From: Phoronis australis | Taxonomy: Eukaryota; Animalia; Phoronida | Assembly (NCBI GenBank): GCA_002633005.1 | Contig: NMRA01000810.1 | Span: forward strand, 62,001-126,000 | Length of the DNA stretch: 64,000 nt | Direction: 5' to 3' | Translations under genes and position numbers: made by a program | Notes under the pieces: model-generated | What the model saw: the letters and a program-made list of their open reading frames with translations, nothing else | What the model was told of the DNA's origin: nothing | Databases searched by the model: none | Shown: positions 1-12,700 of the stretch, one piece after another | Layout of the letters: every line of letters begins with the position of its first letter | Numbering within the stretch: the stretch's first letter is position 1

Positions 1-595
1 GTGCTTGGTACGGCAGCTATAAGCACAAGTATAATTTTGAATAACTGTCACACGCGCCAGAATATTCGGCAACAATGCTGTCGTCAAAGTAGCAGTGCAT
101 TGATACCGTAAGCTATTGTGTCAAGACTAGGTCCCGCTATACTGTCACTTACTGTGCGGAGGCGCTATACAGATGTAAAAAAATGGTTGGCTGGGCCTAC
201 ATCCCACTGTAAGGTAACGTACAGTCGGCACTACAGATGTACGTTTAAACGCCAAAAGGTGGTCGGTTGCGCCTACGTGCACATGCGTCCCAGTACAGCA
301 CTGTTCTTCTGGCTGCGAAGGATTTAAAGTGCTAAACAATGAACCCAACTGGAGCAGATGCGGTGAGACAGCATCTATACAGATGGCCATACATTACCCA
401 AAAGGGGCTTGTAAAATTCTACCTTCCAATAAATCTGCCTACAACTGCTGCTCCCCTACATGTACATCCTAGAAAACGATTCGGAAGCGCGCTGTCATCG
501 AAATGCTCTCAAAACAATCCTTCGATCTAAGCTGTGAGTATCAGGTTTAAGTCTTGTTCTTGCATCTGAAACAAAGAGACACATAGAGAACATAC

Positions 596-745
596 CCACT
601 GCGCAAGGAACTCCCATTCTTACTTCCTCGACAATCCATCTGCTTAAAGTGTGCCCCGTTGTAGTACCTTTCACGGAACCGCTCGTTTTCACGTGCAGTG
701 AGACGGTTAGTTTACCGGAAGGTAGACCTCTGCAGATACCGTCGA
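596..745 (-). CDS. Exon 7 (D2): end of domain 2 (VDGICRGLPSGKLTVSLHVKTSGSVKGTTTGHTLSRWIVEEVRMGVPCAV)
   Basis: Acceptor TATTCTTTTAG, donor G|GTATGT, 150 nt, phase 1 to 1. VDG.C.GL..G and SR.IVEE match the CTHRC1 C-terminus. The preceding intron is about 10 kb. Confidence 0.85.
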
Positions 746-3700
746 CTAAAAGAATAAAATAAAACAACGTCAGCAGTTACTGGGAATTTCCGTAGATAAG
801 TCCACCTGATGAAATGCCCTTGGAGCTTTACTTGGAAAATTATGCCGAATAAAGGTCCATGGCGTTTGTTTGGAGTTGCAACTTCTGGAGTCAAACGGCC
901 AGATAGTGGGGCGTTTATTAGGAAGTTTCTTCTTAAAGGGGGTATGTTGAAAGCTATAATTCGTTTAAAATACACTCCCCTCCCACTTCCACACAAAACT
1001 TGGAGAACACAATATGTTCAACTTCGGCTATTTTCAGAAAAACGTCACAAAAGGGAGGTGACCCGATCATTGCCGGGTCTGTCTACCCGGGTGAGAATTT
1101 GGCACGTTTGACACGCTCTAAAAACGTGGAGTGTTGGAACGCCCTAAAAGCGTGTCAAACGTGTAAAACGTGGCGTGTTAAACGTGTAAATTGTAGCGTG
1201 TCAAACGTGTCAAGAGCGTGTCAAAAACGTGTACTTTTCGTTCCAATACTTAGCGTGTCAAACGTGTAAATTAGAGCAAACGTGGCTCTATTGACCCGCT
1301 AGCGTGTCGAACTTGGCGCTTTTGACACGCTAGCGTGTCGAACGTGGCGCTTTTGACACGCTAGCGTGTCGAACGTGGCGCTTTTGCCACGCTAGCCTGT
1401 TATCTGCCATTGCCATGGTAACGACCCCACATTTACACGTAGCCTGAGGCCGTGTACAAGACATATTGTTTGTGTTTATACATGTAGCAGCTCACCATCC
1501 ACCATCCATCATGGAAATCCATACTAAAAGCAAATGTATAAAGGAATTTCTTCTTTAAGTCACTGTTAATTGTAACATGTAAACTAGAAAGATTATTGTC
1601 ACGGCGTGACAATAACGGACTCTGCGCGTGCGTATTACTGGAATTATTATAGGAAGTTACTGACAGCAACCCGTTTACCAATATGAAAAAGAATTCTTTA
1701 AAATTGTAGGAGAAATTACATATCAATTTTTTGATGACCTTTCCACTAATTTACCTCTTCTGGTGCATTATGAGCCCCGACTAGGGAGTAATTAACTCGA
1801 TTAAAAGTGTGGTTATTGCTAATAATCACAGATGTTTTACTTTAAGGACTTCAGAATACAAGATGAATGAAGTGGTCAAACTTTCAGAAGAAAAATGCAT
1901 CTAATGACCCCATGGGTGCACCAAATGACCTGAAAATTTAGAATTCAAACTCAATCGCACTTAGTAAACAGATACGTAATTCTGAAGTCTCTAGCTCAAA
2001 ATTTTAGTTTGAACTCAATGACCGTTGACCTTTTTTCTGATTGGTTAGGCCTATTGCAAAGTAAAGTAGGGTATTCACTTGGCATGTTGACTTACACCAG
2101 TGTGCTGAAATTGAAAAGAATTCCTTGAAAAACGTAAGACATATAACATTTTGAACGTTACATGACCTTTGCACTAATTGAACCTATCCGCTAACGGTTG
2201 ACACATCAGAATACATGTACTTGCTGATTGAAAAGGTCAAATTTTCAGAAGAAAAATGCACCTAATGAAACAATGTTTGCACTCAATGACCTGAAACTTT
2301 GGATTCCGATTTGATTTACCTGTGGCAATCAGACCTGTCAATTTGAAGTGTCTAGCTCAAGATTTTTATTTGCACCTAATGACCTTTGACCTGTTTTACC
2401 TGATTGGATGACTTGATTACTTAGAACAGTAACTTTTTAAATTGTCATGTTGACTTATACCTGTGTACCGAATTTAAAAAAGATAGATTTAAAACTGAAG
2501 GAGTAGCGTTTTGAAAATTTTATGACATTTGCACCAAACGACCTCTTCCGGTGCAATATGGAATATGATTATGTAACCAATCAAAATTTATATACTGTCA
2601 AGAGTCATGTGCTGAATTTAAAGACCGTACCTGCTCCCATTTTGGAGTTATTAAGTGTCAAAGTTGGTCGGAAGAAGAATAAGAAGAACTAGAAAGATTA
2701 GTGTCACGGCGTGACAATAACGGACTCTGCGCGTGCGTATTACTGGAATTATTATGGGAAGTTACTGACAGCAACCTGTTTACCAATATGAAAAGGAATT
2801 CTTTAAAATTGTATGAGAAATTACACATTAATTTTTTGATGACCTTTCCACTAATTGACCTCTTCTGGTGCATTATGAGCCCCGATGAGTGAGCAATTGT
2901 TAACTCGATTAAAAGTATGGTTAATGCTAATAATCACAGATGTTTTACTTTAAGCACTTCAGAATATAAGATGAATGAAGTGGTCAAACTTTCACAATAA
3001 AAATGCACCAAATGACCTGAAAATTTAGAATTCATACTCAATCGCACTTAGTAAACAGATACGTAATTCTGAAGTCTCTAGCTCAAAATTTTGTTTGCAC
3101 TCAATGACCTTTGACCTATTTTTTGATTGGTTAGGCCTATTGCGAAGTAAAGTAGGGTATTTAATTGGCATGTTGACTTACTCCAGTGTGCTGAAATTGA
3201 ACAGAATTCCTTGAAAAACGTAAGAGATATGACATTTTGAACGTTACATGACCTGTACCTGCACCCTATTTGGAGTTATTAAGCCTCAAAGTTGGTCGGA
3301 AGAAGAATAAGAAGAATAAAAATAAGAATAAAATTAAAGAAAACCCAGGAACAACAGCACTCTGCGCTTACACGCGCAGAGTAATAAGAATAAGAAGAAT
3401 AAAATTGAAGAAAACCCAGGAACAACAGTACTCTGCGCTTACACGCGCAGAGTAATAAAATTGAAGAAAACCCAGGAACAACAGTACTCTGCGCTTACAC
3501 GCGCAGAGTAATAAAATTGAAGAAAACCCAGGAACAACAGTACTCTGCGCTTACACGCGCAGAGTAATAAGAAAAATAAAATTGAAGAAAACCCAGGAAC
3601 AACAGTACACGCACAGAGTAATAAAACTGAAGAAAACCCAGGAACAACAGTACTCTGCGCTTACACGCGCAGAGTAATAATCCGAAATGTGATAATGATA

Positions 3701-6700
3701 TAGAATCTTTAAAAGGATAATGCAACTATCCAATTCTTACCACATACAGTTGTCACTAAATGTCATTACATCTAGAATAACATTAACACAGAAATAAGTA
3801 AGTTCAATGTACAAGTTCGAAGTGCTTAAGCTGCTATATATGTGTATATAAGTTAGCTTTTGAGTCATGCCAAATGCTTGAAGACAGTTTATGAAGTAAA
3901 GAACAAACGCACTTTGTAACATTTTTGAATTACCACAATTCAACATTTGTCATAACATCGAGTTCATGTTGATTTTGCAGCCCAAACCTCTGCACACAAT
4001 GTCTTATCTTCATTCAAGCTGACACTAAATGTGAGTTGATCCTATAACAACAAGTAAGAATTGATATACAACTGAAGATGAGAGGAGTTCCAACTTCATA
4101 TATTACCTGCACAGTCAACAGATCCTACTGACTCTTTTACAGTCAAACTTACCTGTTAAAAGAAAGACCATTTGCAAGAAAAGTTTATCAAGCCACTGTC
4201 AACCAGAGTACATACCAAACTTCTGTTAGAGCTGCACCACACTCGTAAACCATACTTCATAAGTGCTCTCCTGACACAGCTGCAATATCTGACAGCTAAA
4301 CCAACTCAAAATCAGTATTTGGATATTTGAAAAGGCAGTGAAATCTCTTGTTGCAAATTCTTTGATGTTATTAAGGGAACACGTTTAGTCATTCAAATTG
4401 GGTGATTACCTTCCAGTGGTTTTTTAAGAACTGCCAAGCCTATTTAAATTGTATCTTTATTGAAGTGTTCTATCATATTTTACACGTTTGACACGCTAGC
4501 GTGTAAAATTTTACACGTTTGACACGCTAACGTGGCAAATTTTACACTTTTGACACGCTAACGTGGCACATTATTACACGTTTGCCACACTAGCGTGTAA
4601 AATTTTACACGTTTGACACGCTCAAAAGCGTGTCAAACATGTAAAATTCTCACCCGGGCATAGCGCCCATTGCTGTGTGTCAAGAAGAGTACTTTTTTCT
4701 CGAATTTAGACGGATTTTTAGATTAAACTGGAGTAACCATTTGAAGAAGAATGCCGGACTGTTGTGTAGTTGGAGGCTGTGAGAATAATGATATACGCCA
4801 CGAGCTGGGGTATCTTTGCACAAGTATCCCACTGATCCAAAACTGCGTTGCAAGTGGGAAGACCTTGGGAAGTCCACGAGTGGAGCATCGCCGAATTCGG
4901 TAGTATGTAGCGAACATATTTCTACGGGCTGCTTAAAGGACGACAGCCTCCGATTCGAGTATATAGTTGTAAACCAGTTTGAGTGAACTTTAAGAGAGTA
5001 TTCGAATCGGTACATGCTGTCGCTTTGCGCAAGCTAATGGGCCTTCGGCTAGTATTTAACCTAACATTCAAAATGGAGGATAGCATCGACGGACACTGCA
5101 AGACAGGATTAGTACTTGACGTAGCCAGTAAATTGCTTTTCTTTTGATTTACAATTTTTCAATATAAGTGTTCGTAGGTGGATGTGCTGAATAGCTTGAT
5201 GCTCGTTATCTGTCGTTGCAATCCATTGAATTTTAATCTAGTCGATCGCTAGCTGGGCTGAATGAACAGTAAAACTATAAGGCTGTCGCACCAATTTATT
5301 TTTCGATTATGCAAAAATTCTTCAATATAATCGGGAAGATAATGCATTCCGCTCAATAAAAATTGAAAATTATCAAAATCCGGTTAAGCATTGCAAAGTT
5401 ATTGCAATTTTTGTTGCGAATTTTGGGTCATTTGTTAGAATCGGGACTCAGCCATCTTGGACGACAGAGGTATAGGTAACGTGTGTAAATTATTTTCACC
5501 AATAATTTACGATGAAATTTTGTGAGAAATACTTATGCCTACTATTCTGAGTGATTCAACAATTCTCACTAGATTTCAGCCACGCAGGTATTACTTATTG
5601 AATGATAAAAGTGATTGTAATACCCATTAATTGTACCTAGTCTCATTTCCGCTGGCACCGACAACATGGCGACTTACAGTACGCTGAACAGCAGGGCATG
5701 TTAGTTGGCTATTTTGTACTTGGTGAAGATTTGACATTGATACAATGTTCATTTCGATGACAGCTGCTATAAAAAGCAAGTTTGCAGCGTTTACATTTTT
5801 GTGCAAAAATATAAGGATTATTCTTCACAGGTCTCTAGATTGCCGGTCTAGTGCTTTCACCACTGAGCTACTGAGGACCCGAATTATCATACATGTATGA
5901 ATCAAGCAAAATATTAAACAGTTGACTGCCTATAGCCAGTGAGCTCATTGCAGTAACACAGCTGTCTCCCTGATCTGACATCATATAACCCCATAAGCCT
6001 GTTTCCAGAACTGACTCGTCTGAAGTCGCATAAGGTCATTACTGCTGGGTTTTCTAATTAACCACACTGTTCCAAAGATAGAACTATAAAATCTTTGACT
6101 GCGGACAAGAACTGCCCTGTGCAACAGATTCATGCAGTGCTATTCTTTGTGTTGAAAAGCAGTTGTTTTGGTGTCAGACTACATGCATGTCTTTAAAAAC
6201 CGGCAGTTAGCGTCAGCTTTTAGTCACGAACTCAGATTTGTGGAAAATTTATCATTTAATAATGGAAGGCGGAGCCTTGGTTGCGGGTGAAAGCCCACAC
6301 TTAGTGCTAAAAACTGACCATTTTGCCATTGAATGTCACAGATTCCGTATTACAAATAAGGTTACTAAATCAGAACTGTGCAAGGTTCTAGCCGTAGTTT
6401 AGACGAGCTCATGATTTCATGCGGGTGAAAGCCAACAATTAGTGCTAAAAACTGACCATTTTGCCATTGAATGTCACAGATTCCGTATTACAAATAAGGT
6501 TACTAAATCAGAACTGTGCAAGGTTCTAGCCGTAGTTTAGACGAGCTCATGATTTCATGACCCCTGACACCTACTGTATCTGCTGCTCCACATTGTAAAG
6601 TACCAGCCATTACGGCTCGTATGCTGGATTTTACGGTATTTTGCGCAATACATGTAATTGTATGTTTAGTGATGACGCAGTTTGAACCCGAAAACAAGAA

Positions 6701-9700
6701 TAGACGTGCCATCACAATGGTTCCAAAGCGTCATAATGACGTCAAAATGACGTTCCTATGAAATATAGATTATTACATGGCGAAGTCGTTATCCCCCGTT
6801 ATCTAGAGCCCGAGTGGATTTTTAGAATTATCGCCCGAGGGGCGTTAGCCCCGAGGGTGATAATTCTCCAAAATCCACGAGGGCTCTAGATAAGGGGGAT
6901 AACGACTGAGAACATTTAATAATCTATTTATACCACATACTGAGCGAGAAACATTACAATGAATCGATCTACCTTTCTTGACTCGCCTCGGCTTTGTAAC
7001 TAATTTCTACATGTATGTCAGAGGCCCGGGGTCGGAGAAAAACCGGGCTATTTTTGTCAAATAATGCTTTTACTCAAAACCAATTGAAAACTTAAATATA
7101 ATAGAAATAAATAGAATTCATTAATTAAGGTTTACCAACTATTATAGCTTAAAACACGTATTTTTCACGCTAAGCTTCGACCGGGAAATTATCGTCTGCT
7201 AAAGTAATTTACCACTGGTAACTGAATATAATTCTCAAGTCAAAGATACTGACGACACGATACCCGCATTCAAACTGTAGATCGGTGATTTACAAGTAAG
7301 AGGACACGCGAGAAAATTTTCACTGAATTAAGATATCATTTTTATGGAAATTATGTGTCTTATTTTTCGTAGCGTATAAGTACAGTACAATGCCCTTTGC
7401 TGAACGTGCGATTGTTGCGTTTTCACTCTTGATGACGTCAGTCGCTGCGTGGTGTAGTGGTAAAGTCGGCGACCAGCAATATAAAGGTCTTGAGTTCGCC
7501 TCCGTCCTCGGTTTCCCGCCAAATCGTTATCTCAATAGTGAGATATCTTTATGGGTTATTACACGGTTGTAGATGTATCTGCCATTTGACGCTAATATTG
7601 TGGCATAATACTTTTTATGTCAAGCACGCGTAAGCTGAACTTTGAGACGGGAGAGTTAATAATGCTATGTGAACATGCAAATGAAGTATGACAACAACTC
7701 CGGCTCTTCCGGTGTGCCGGAAACCATCCGAGAACCAGTTACCATTTCAATCTCGCGAAAGTCTCCGTTTGCGAGACTGTATTCTAGGAAAATGTGGTCA
7801 TCGTTATCCTAAAGAAACAAGACACAGTTTTTGTTAATTATTCATTTCACAATCAAAAACGATTGCGTAAAATTTGGAATTACTAGGGTTTTCTATATGT
7901 TCACACTTGCTCCAAAGCGTTTCAGTTGTGGTGTTTTCTTTTGAACTGTTATTTATTCACAAATTTTTCTTTCCTGATTATACTTGTACACACAGTTCTT
8001 CAGGTGGTCACGAGGTGGCACGGGCTATATATTTCAAATATTCACGGTTTAATGAGACACTAAGCATCTTTAACGGGTCATTTTATTTTAAACCTTCGTT
8101 CATGTCTGCGCTGGATCTTTCATTTGGAGTATTGTGTTAAGTTTTTCTGCTTGGTCTCGACACGAAAAGTAAACTTGAGTCTTGAGCAACAACTTGAACG
8201 TCAACATGTAAGTTTATCTTAGCCTTGGGCAAAGAGCTGAACGGAGAGGCTAGTTCGCAAAGCGGATATCTACTTAAATTTAAAATAAAACAAAAAAACA
8301 CCCAATCAAAATGTGTCAATGGTCATATATTTGTTAACTGGCAGAAGACTGGAAAGTCTGCTACGCCGTTTCGTTAATTTACTGTACAGACAAATAATGG
8401 CTTGATCAATTTTTCAACAAAAACGACTCGAAAAAAGTTTGAGTAGGTTGTTATGAACACGAACCAATGCATACGAATGTTTTCAATGGCTGGCGACGAA
8501 AAACTTCATACGCTGTGACTGAAAAATCGAAAGGAAATTCGTAGCGAGAATTATCGACTATCTGCCCGCCATTTATCACTCCACTCAAGATGTTGACTAA
8601 TGGTTACCAAAAGTAATGTTTGAATTTTTACTAGGAAAATCTGCGACAGAAAAGTCGATGCATTGGTGTGAGACATTCTACAGGCCCACTGTCACAAGGA
8701 GTGGTGTATTTTCACCGCCCTCGCTCGGCCAGCATACCTCGCTGCGTGAGGAATTTTGGAACTATGTGTAACGTTTTTGTTAACTGCAATATTGTAATGC
8801 CATTTTTCGTAGTGGTCACGTGACCACTTGTTGTTTCACCTATAACCCTCCCGCTGGTCGACGTGTATTCAATCCATGCTGGCCGCGCGCAGTCAAAACT
8901 ATGACTTTCCGTTTTCGCGACCCCATTTCCGAATATATGTCCGGGTGTTGGTGTTACTGAAACGCCTGAAATTTTTCAATTTTCGAATACACGCCCACGG
9001 GCTTATCTACGGAAAATCCCGATACGACGTCGGCGGCACGGGCACCACTGCAGCAGATATCACCCCTGGTTTTTCTCAGTCAATTTGAAGCCATGCACGA
9101 AGTCGCGACCTAATCTCAAATATTCCATGTCAAAGCAAACCAGCGATAGCACTGTTAATAGAACTTCATAAACAAGTTCAAAATAATTACGCATTCTGTG
9201 GCTAAGTCTCTTGTAGCCCGCTGACACCACTGGGTTGTATAAACACTGACTTAAAGTTATACAATATAAGGTGTGAACAAAAGGCAAGACGATCAAATAT
9301 AACGTTTATCATGTTTTTCTTCTGATATGGACAGCCACAGGTTCTCACTGACCGGTGCTTTCAGCTTTTGGTGCGATGATAAAGTTAAAGATTCTATGTC
9401 TCATTTAAACCGTGAATATCCAAATTTCTATCAAGCGCCACCTCGTGACTTGCTGAAGAGCTGCGGTACACTGAGTATGGTCAGGAAAAATTGTAAATAA
9501 ATTGCGGTTTAAAAAAACACCACAATTGTTACATTTAAAAACAACTGTTCTCATATAAAACCTAATAATTCCAAATAATACACAATCTTTATTTGATAAT
9601 GAAATACTCAAATAATATAATCTGTGTCTTGTTTCATTAGGGTAACCATGAGATATTACCATACTGATTTACATAAAAATAGTCTCGCGAACGGAAACTT

Positions 9701-12700
9701 TCGCGAGATTGTAATGGTAACTGATTCAAAAACGGTTTCCGGCACACCGGAGACCCGGGCTTGTTTGTACATGTAAACTAGCACTTCATTTACACATTCA
9801 TAACTTAGTGAGACATAGCATCTTTAATCGCCGATTTTCACAAGTCTGAATTAAATCACAAGTTTGAATTAAACAAGAAGTATGTTTTATGCTCCAGCCA
9901 GCACTGGAAAGCCTTGAATCTTCTGTTACTTCTAGCAATGATCGTCGATTTAATTACCTGATGTCACTGGCTATCAATTCACTGAAGCTGTAACTTGGAT
10001 GACTTTGTAAGTGCGACTCAACTGTAACTTTAACTCAAGTCAACTTCAAGTGACTGTCACTAACCCTTCCTTATAGTCTCTCACACTGTTATGGATTTTT
10101 CACCAATTCATGTTCATTCTAGAATTGTTCAGAAGGTTCCCAATCCTTTATTGACATTAGACTGTTCCAGGTTACGGATCTATATTAAACCCTGATATGT
10201 TGAAATCTGCTGACTGAGTATTTTGTTGTGAACAAATTACATCATCTCTGGCCTGACATCATAGGTCATCTCAATCAAATGATTTCTGCTAGTTAACAGA
10301 TACAGCAACAAAATAAAACTTACACATGGGCGGCGCAGCACTGAAAAAGTGGGGGTCTAAAGCCCCCTCGGCCCCGCTGTAGTGCACTGCTTATAGACCA
10401 TGTGCAGCTTAGCACTGAAAAAGTGGAGGGCTATAGCCCCCAGCCCCCTATGGTGCGCAACCCATTGTAGCAAGGAGTGTAATAATATAGTAAACTCCTT
10501 GCTTATAGTACTGAAACCAGTGTCTGTCTTCTCCTGAAAAAGGATTGTGATTTCTATTGAGTACCGGTTAATGACTTATTTATCATCTCATGATGAAGAG
10601 TAGAACACACCACTAGTTGCAATAATCTTGGGTCGATCACTGGAAGTGCCCCATGTGCTGTTTCTAATGTGTTTTCATCACAACTGGTACACATTCATCT
10701 TTTGCACTAAGCCTTGGCAATACCGTTTTAGCTTACCCCCATTTGTGCCGTCCACCATAAAAACAGTTTCCTTGATTTCCAGAATTCCATCGACAGGTCC
10801 AGGGTCAGTACACGCGCTGCCATTAAAGTGTATTGTCCAACGACCCCAACCAGGAAGGGTACCGAACACCATAAACGCACCGGCAAGAAATATGACGCGA
10901 ACCGCAGTGTCGCCTGCTCGCTTCTCAAACTCGTGAGACTGAATAAGACATGGAATATCATTAAAACATGTCAACCTAAGCATGACTGCATAAATCCATC
11001 GGCATCGTTACTACTTTTATCACATTTTTGTCACTCTCGTCAGTTGCTAGTACTGTAATTTCGATAATAGATGTCGCTATCGACATTAACCACTCTGTTA
11101 AAGTTCACAAATAGCCACAATTGCGGACAGTGTCAGCATATCTTAAAAATGGATTAGGCAAGGGAGAACTTGCTGAATCCTACATTCCGTGAACACCGAC
11201 AAGATTGTTTAACTATTCAGATGCATAACATATGTGTCTCACTTTTAAACATTAAAGTGTCCTACCCAAAGAGTTACATCTTTGCCGGCGTTGCCCCTCC
11301 AGGACCAAGTTTTTTGTTGAACATTGAATCTCGCATGTGAAGGACATGTTCCTGAAAAGAAATGGATAAAATGGACTATGGAAGTATGCTTCAGGAAATA
11401 ACAAAAAGTTTTGAACCGCCTTGTCTACGGCGGATATCAATACTGTATATAGTGATTGAAAATAGTAATTGCATATTACACGTGCAAGATATTCTGGCTT
11501 TGTTGATTATCGAGTCTCTTTCTAATTGTTCACCGAGATGGTGTTGAAGAGGCAGGAATAAAGAAGACAGAAGAGGACAAAATTAATGCTTGATCGATAT
11601 TGATAAAACAACCTTCCGTTGTTGTAGCAAACTCATTGGGTATATTAATTTTAATGTAGAGAAAATACAATCAAAGATCGTGACTTAGATTCCCGACAGG
11701 CAAATTCAACTTTGTCAAACTCCGCCACCAGCAAGTTGCCAACGTTATCGCCCTTTCCGTGGCGCCAGATTTCAAGTTTCCCTCTTTCGTCACCACTTTT
11801 GCACAGTTGTCGCCGCCAATTTTGCCCTCCCATTTGTTTGGCTGTTGCACGCCTGTATTTGGGGATCGTCAGATATGCAATTTCTCAAATAATAAACTCC
11901 ATCAAAACTCACTGAAGCATCAATTTTTACAAAATTCGCTTGTGATTGGCAAAAATCAGCTTTGAATGGGAAGTTTCGAGTCCGACAAGCACCATCCAGA
12001 CAGGAACAGCATAGGAGAGAGAATATCCCTGTTACGGTAATTTAAACAAAAAGAACCACTTTTCAGTAACCCTGATCTAAATTAATATCTATTTACTTAT
12101 TTACAAACATGATAACAAGTTACGCAAAACTTGGGACGAAGACAGGGTCGAACGTCCGCACCAACAGTCCAAAACTTGAAACTTGCGGCATCTTCAGTCT
12201 TCACTACCAAGGCAAGGCGTCCCCACTTGTTCCGTTGACTCCCCAAGTCCACCAAAATAATAGTCAAGTTCCATACACAAAACGCAGCTGTCCGCACCGA
12301 AGCAAAGTCTCACCACATGAACAAATAACGTTCAGTATTTCGAAAAGTAGAAAGAAAACATTAAGTCCAGCCTCAGTGTTCAGATAAAGCATGATACACG
12401 TCTGCTCACCATCAGCGACCAAATAGAACTCCGATAAAACTCAAAAGTGCCCCCTAGCGGGAATACCTAACATACAATTCCACAAGGGGGTTGGGGACAT
12501 ATCTAGAAATTTTCAGAATGCACCCGTCTTAACGCCACTTCTGGCTTATTTCAATTTAGGAGTGCATATCGCCCTTCGAAAGATTAGAGAAATCTCAGTG
12601 TATTATAGTCCACATTTCGTGTTCTCTAAAATTAGTACCCTTACTGTACTTTTAGAAATTACAATGGGAACTTTGAGTGTATCAAGCTCTCCTGAGTCTC

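Larger units (their letters stand above)
1086..4658. mobile_element. Non-autonomous TIR DNA transposon with subterminal tandem ACACGTTTGACACGCTAGCGTG repeats, containing a nested HINE
   Basis: TIR CCCGGGTGAGAATTT (1086-1100) and AAATTCTCACCCGGG (4644-4658), flanked by TA and CA. Repeat arrays at about 1100-1400 and 4478-4640. Confidence 0.75.

Noticed and set aside
3335-3680. Palindromic repeat array superficially like a CRISPR array
   Set aside because: There are no unique spacers and no cas genes, the context is eukaryotic, and it is explained as HINE terminal repeats.
7441-7515. tRNA gene
   Set aside because: A and B box remnants only. The stems are not intact, so it is treated as a SINE head.
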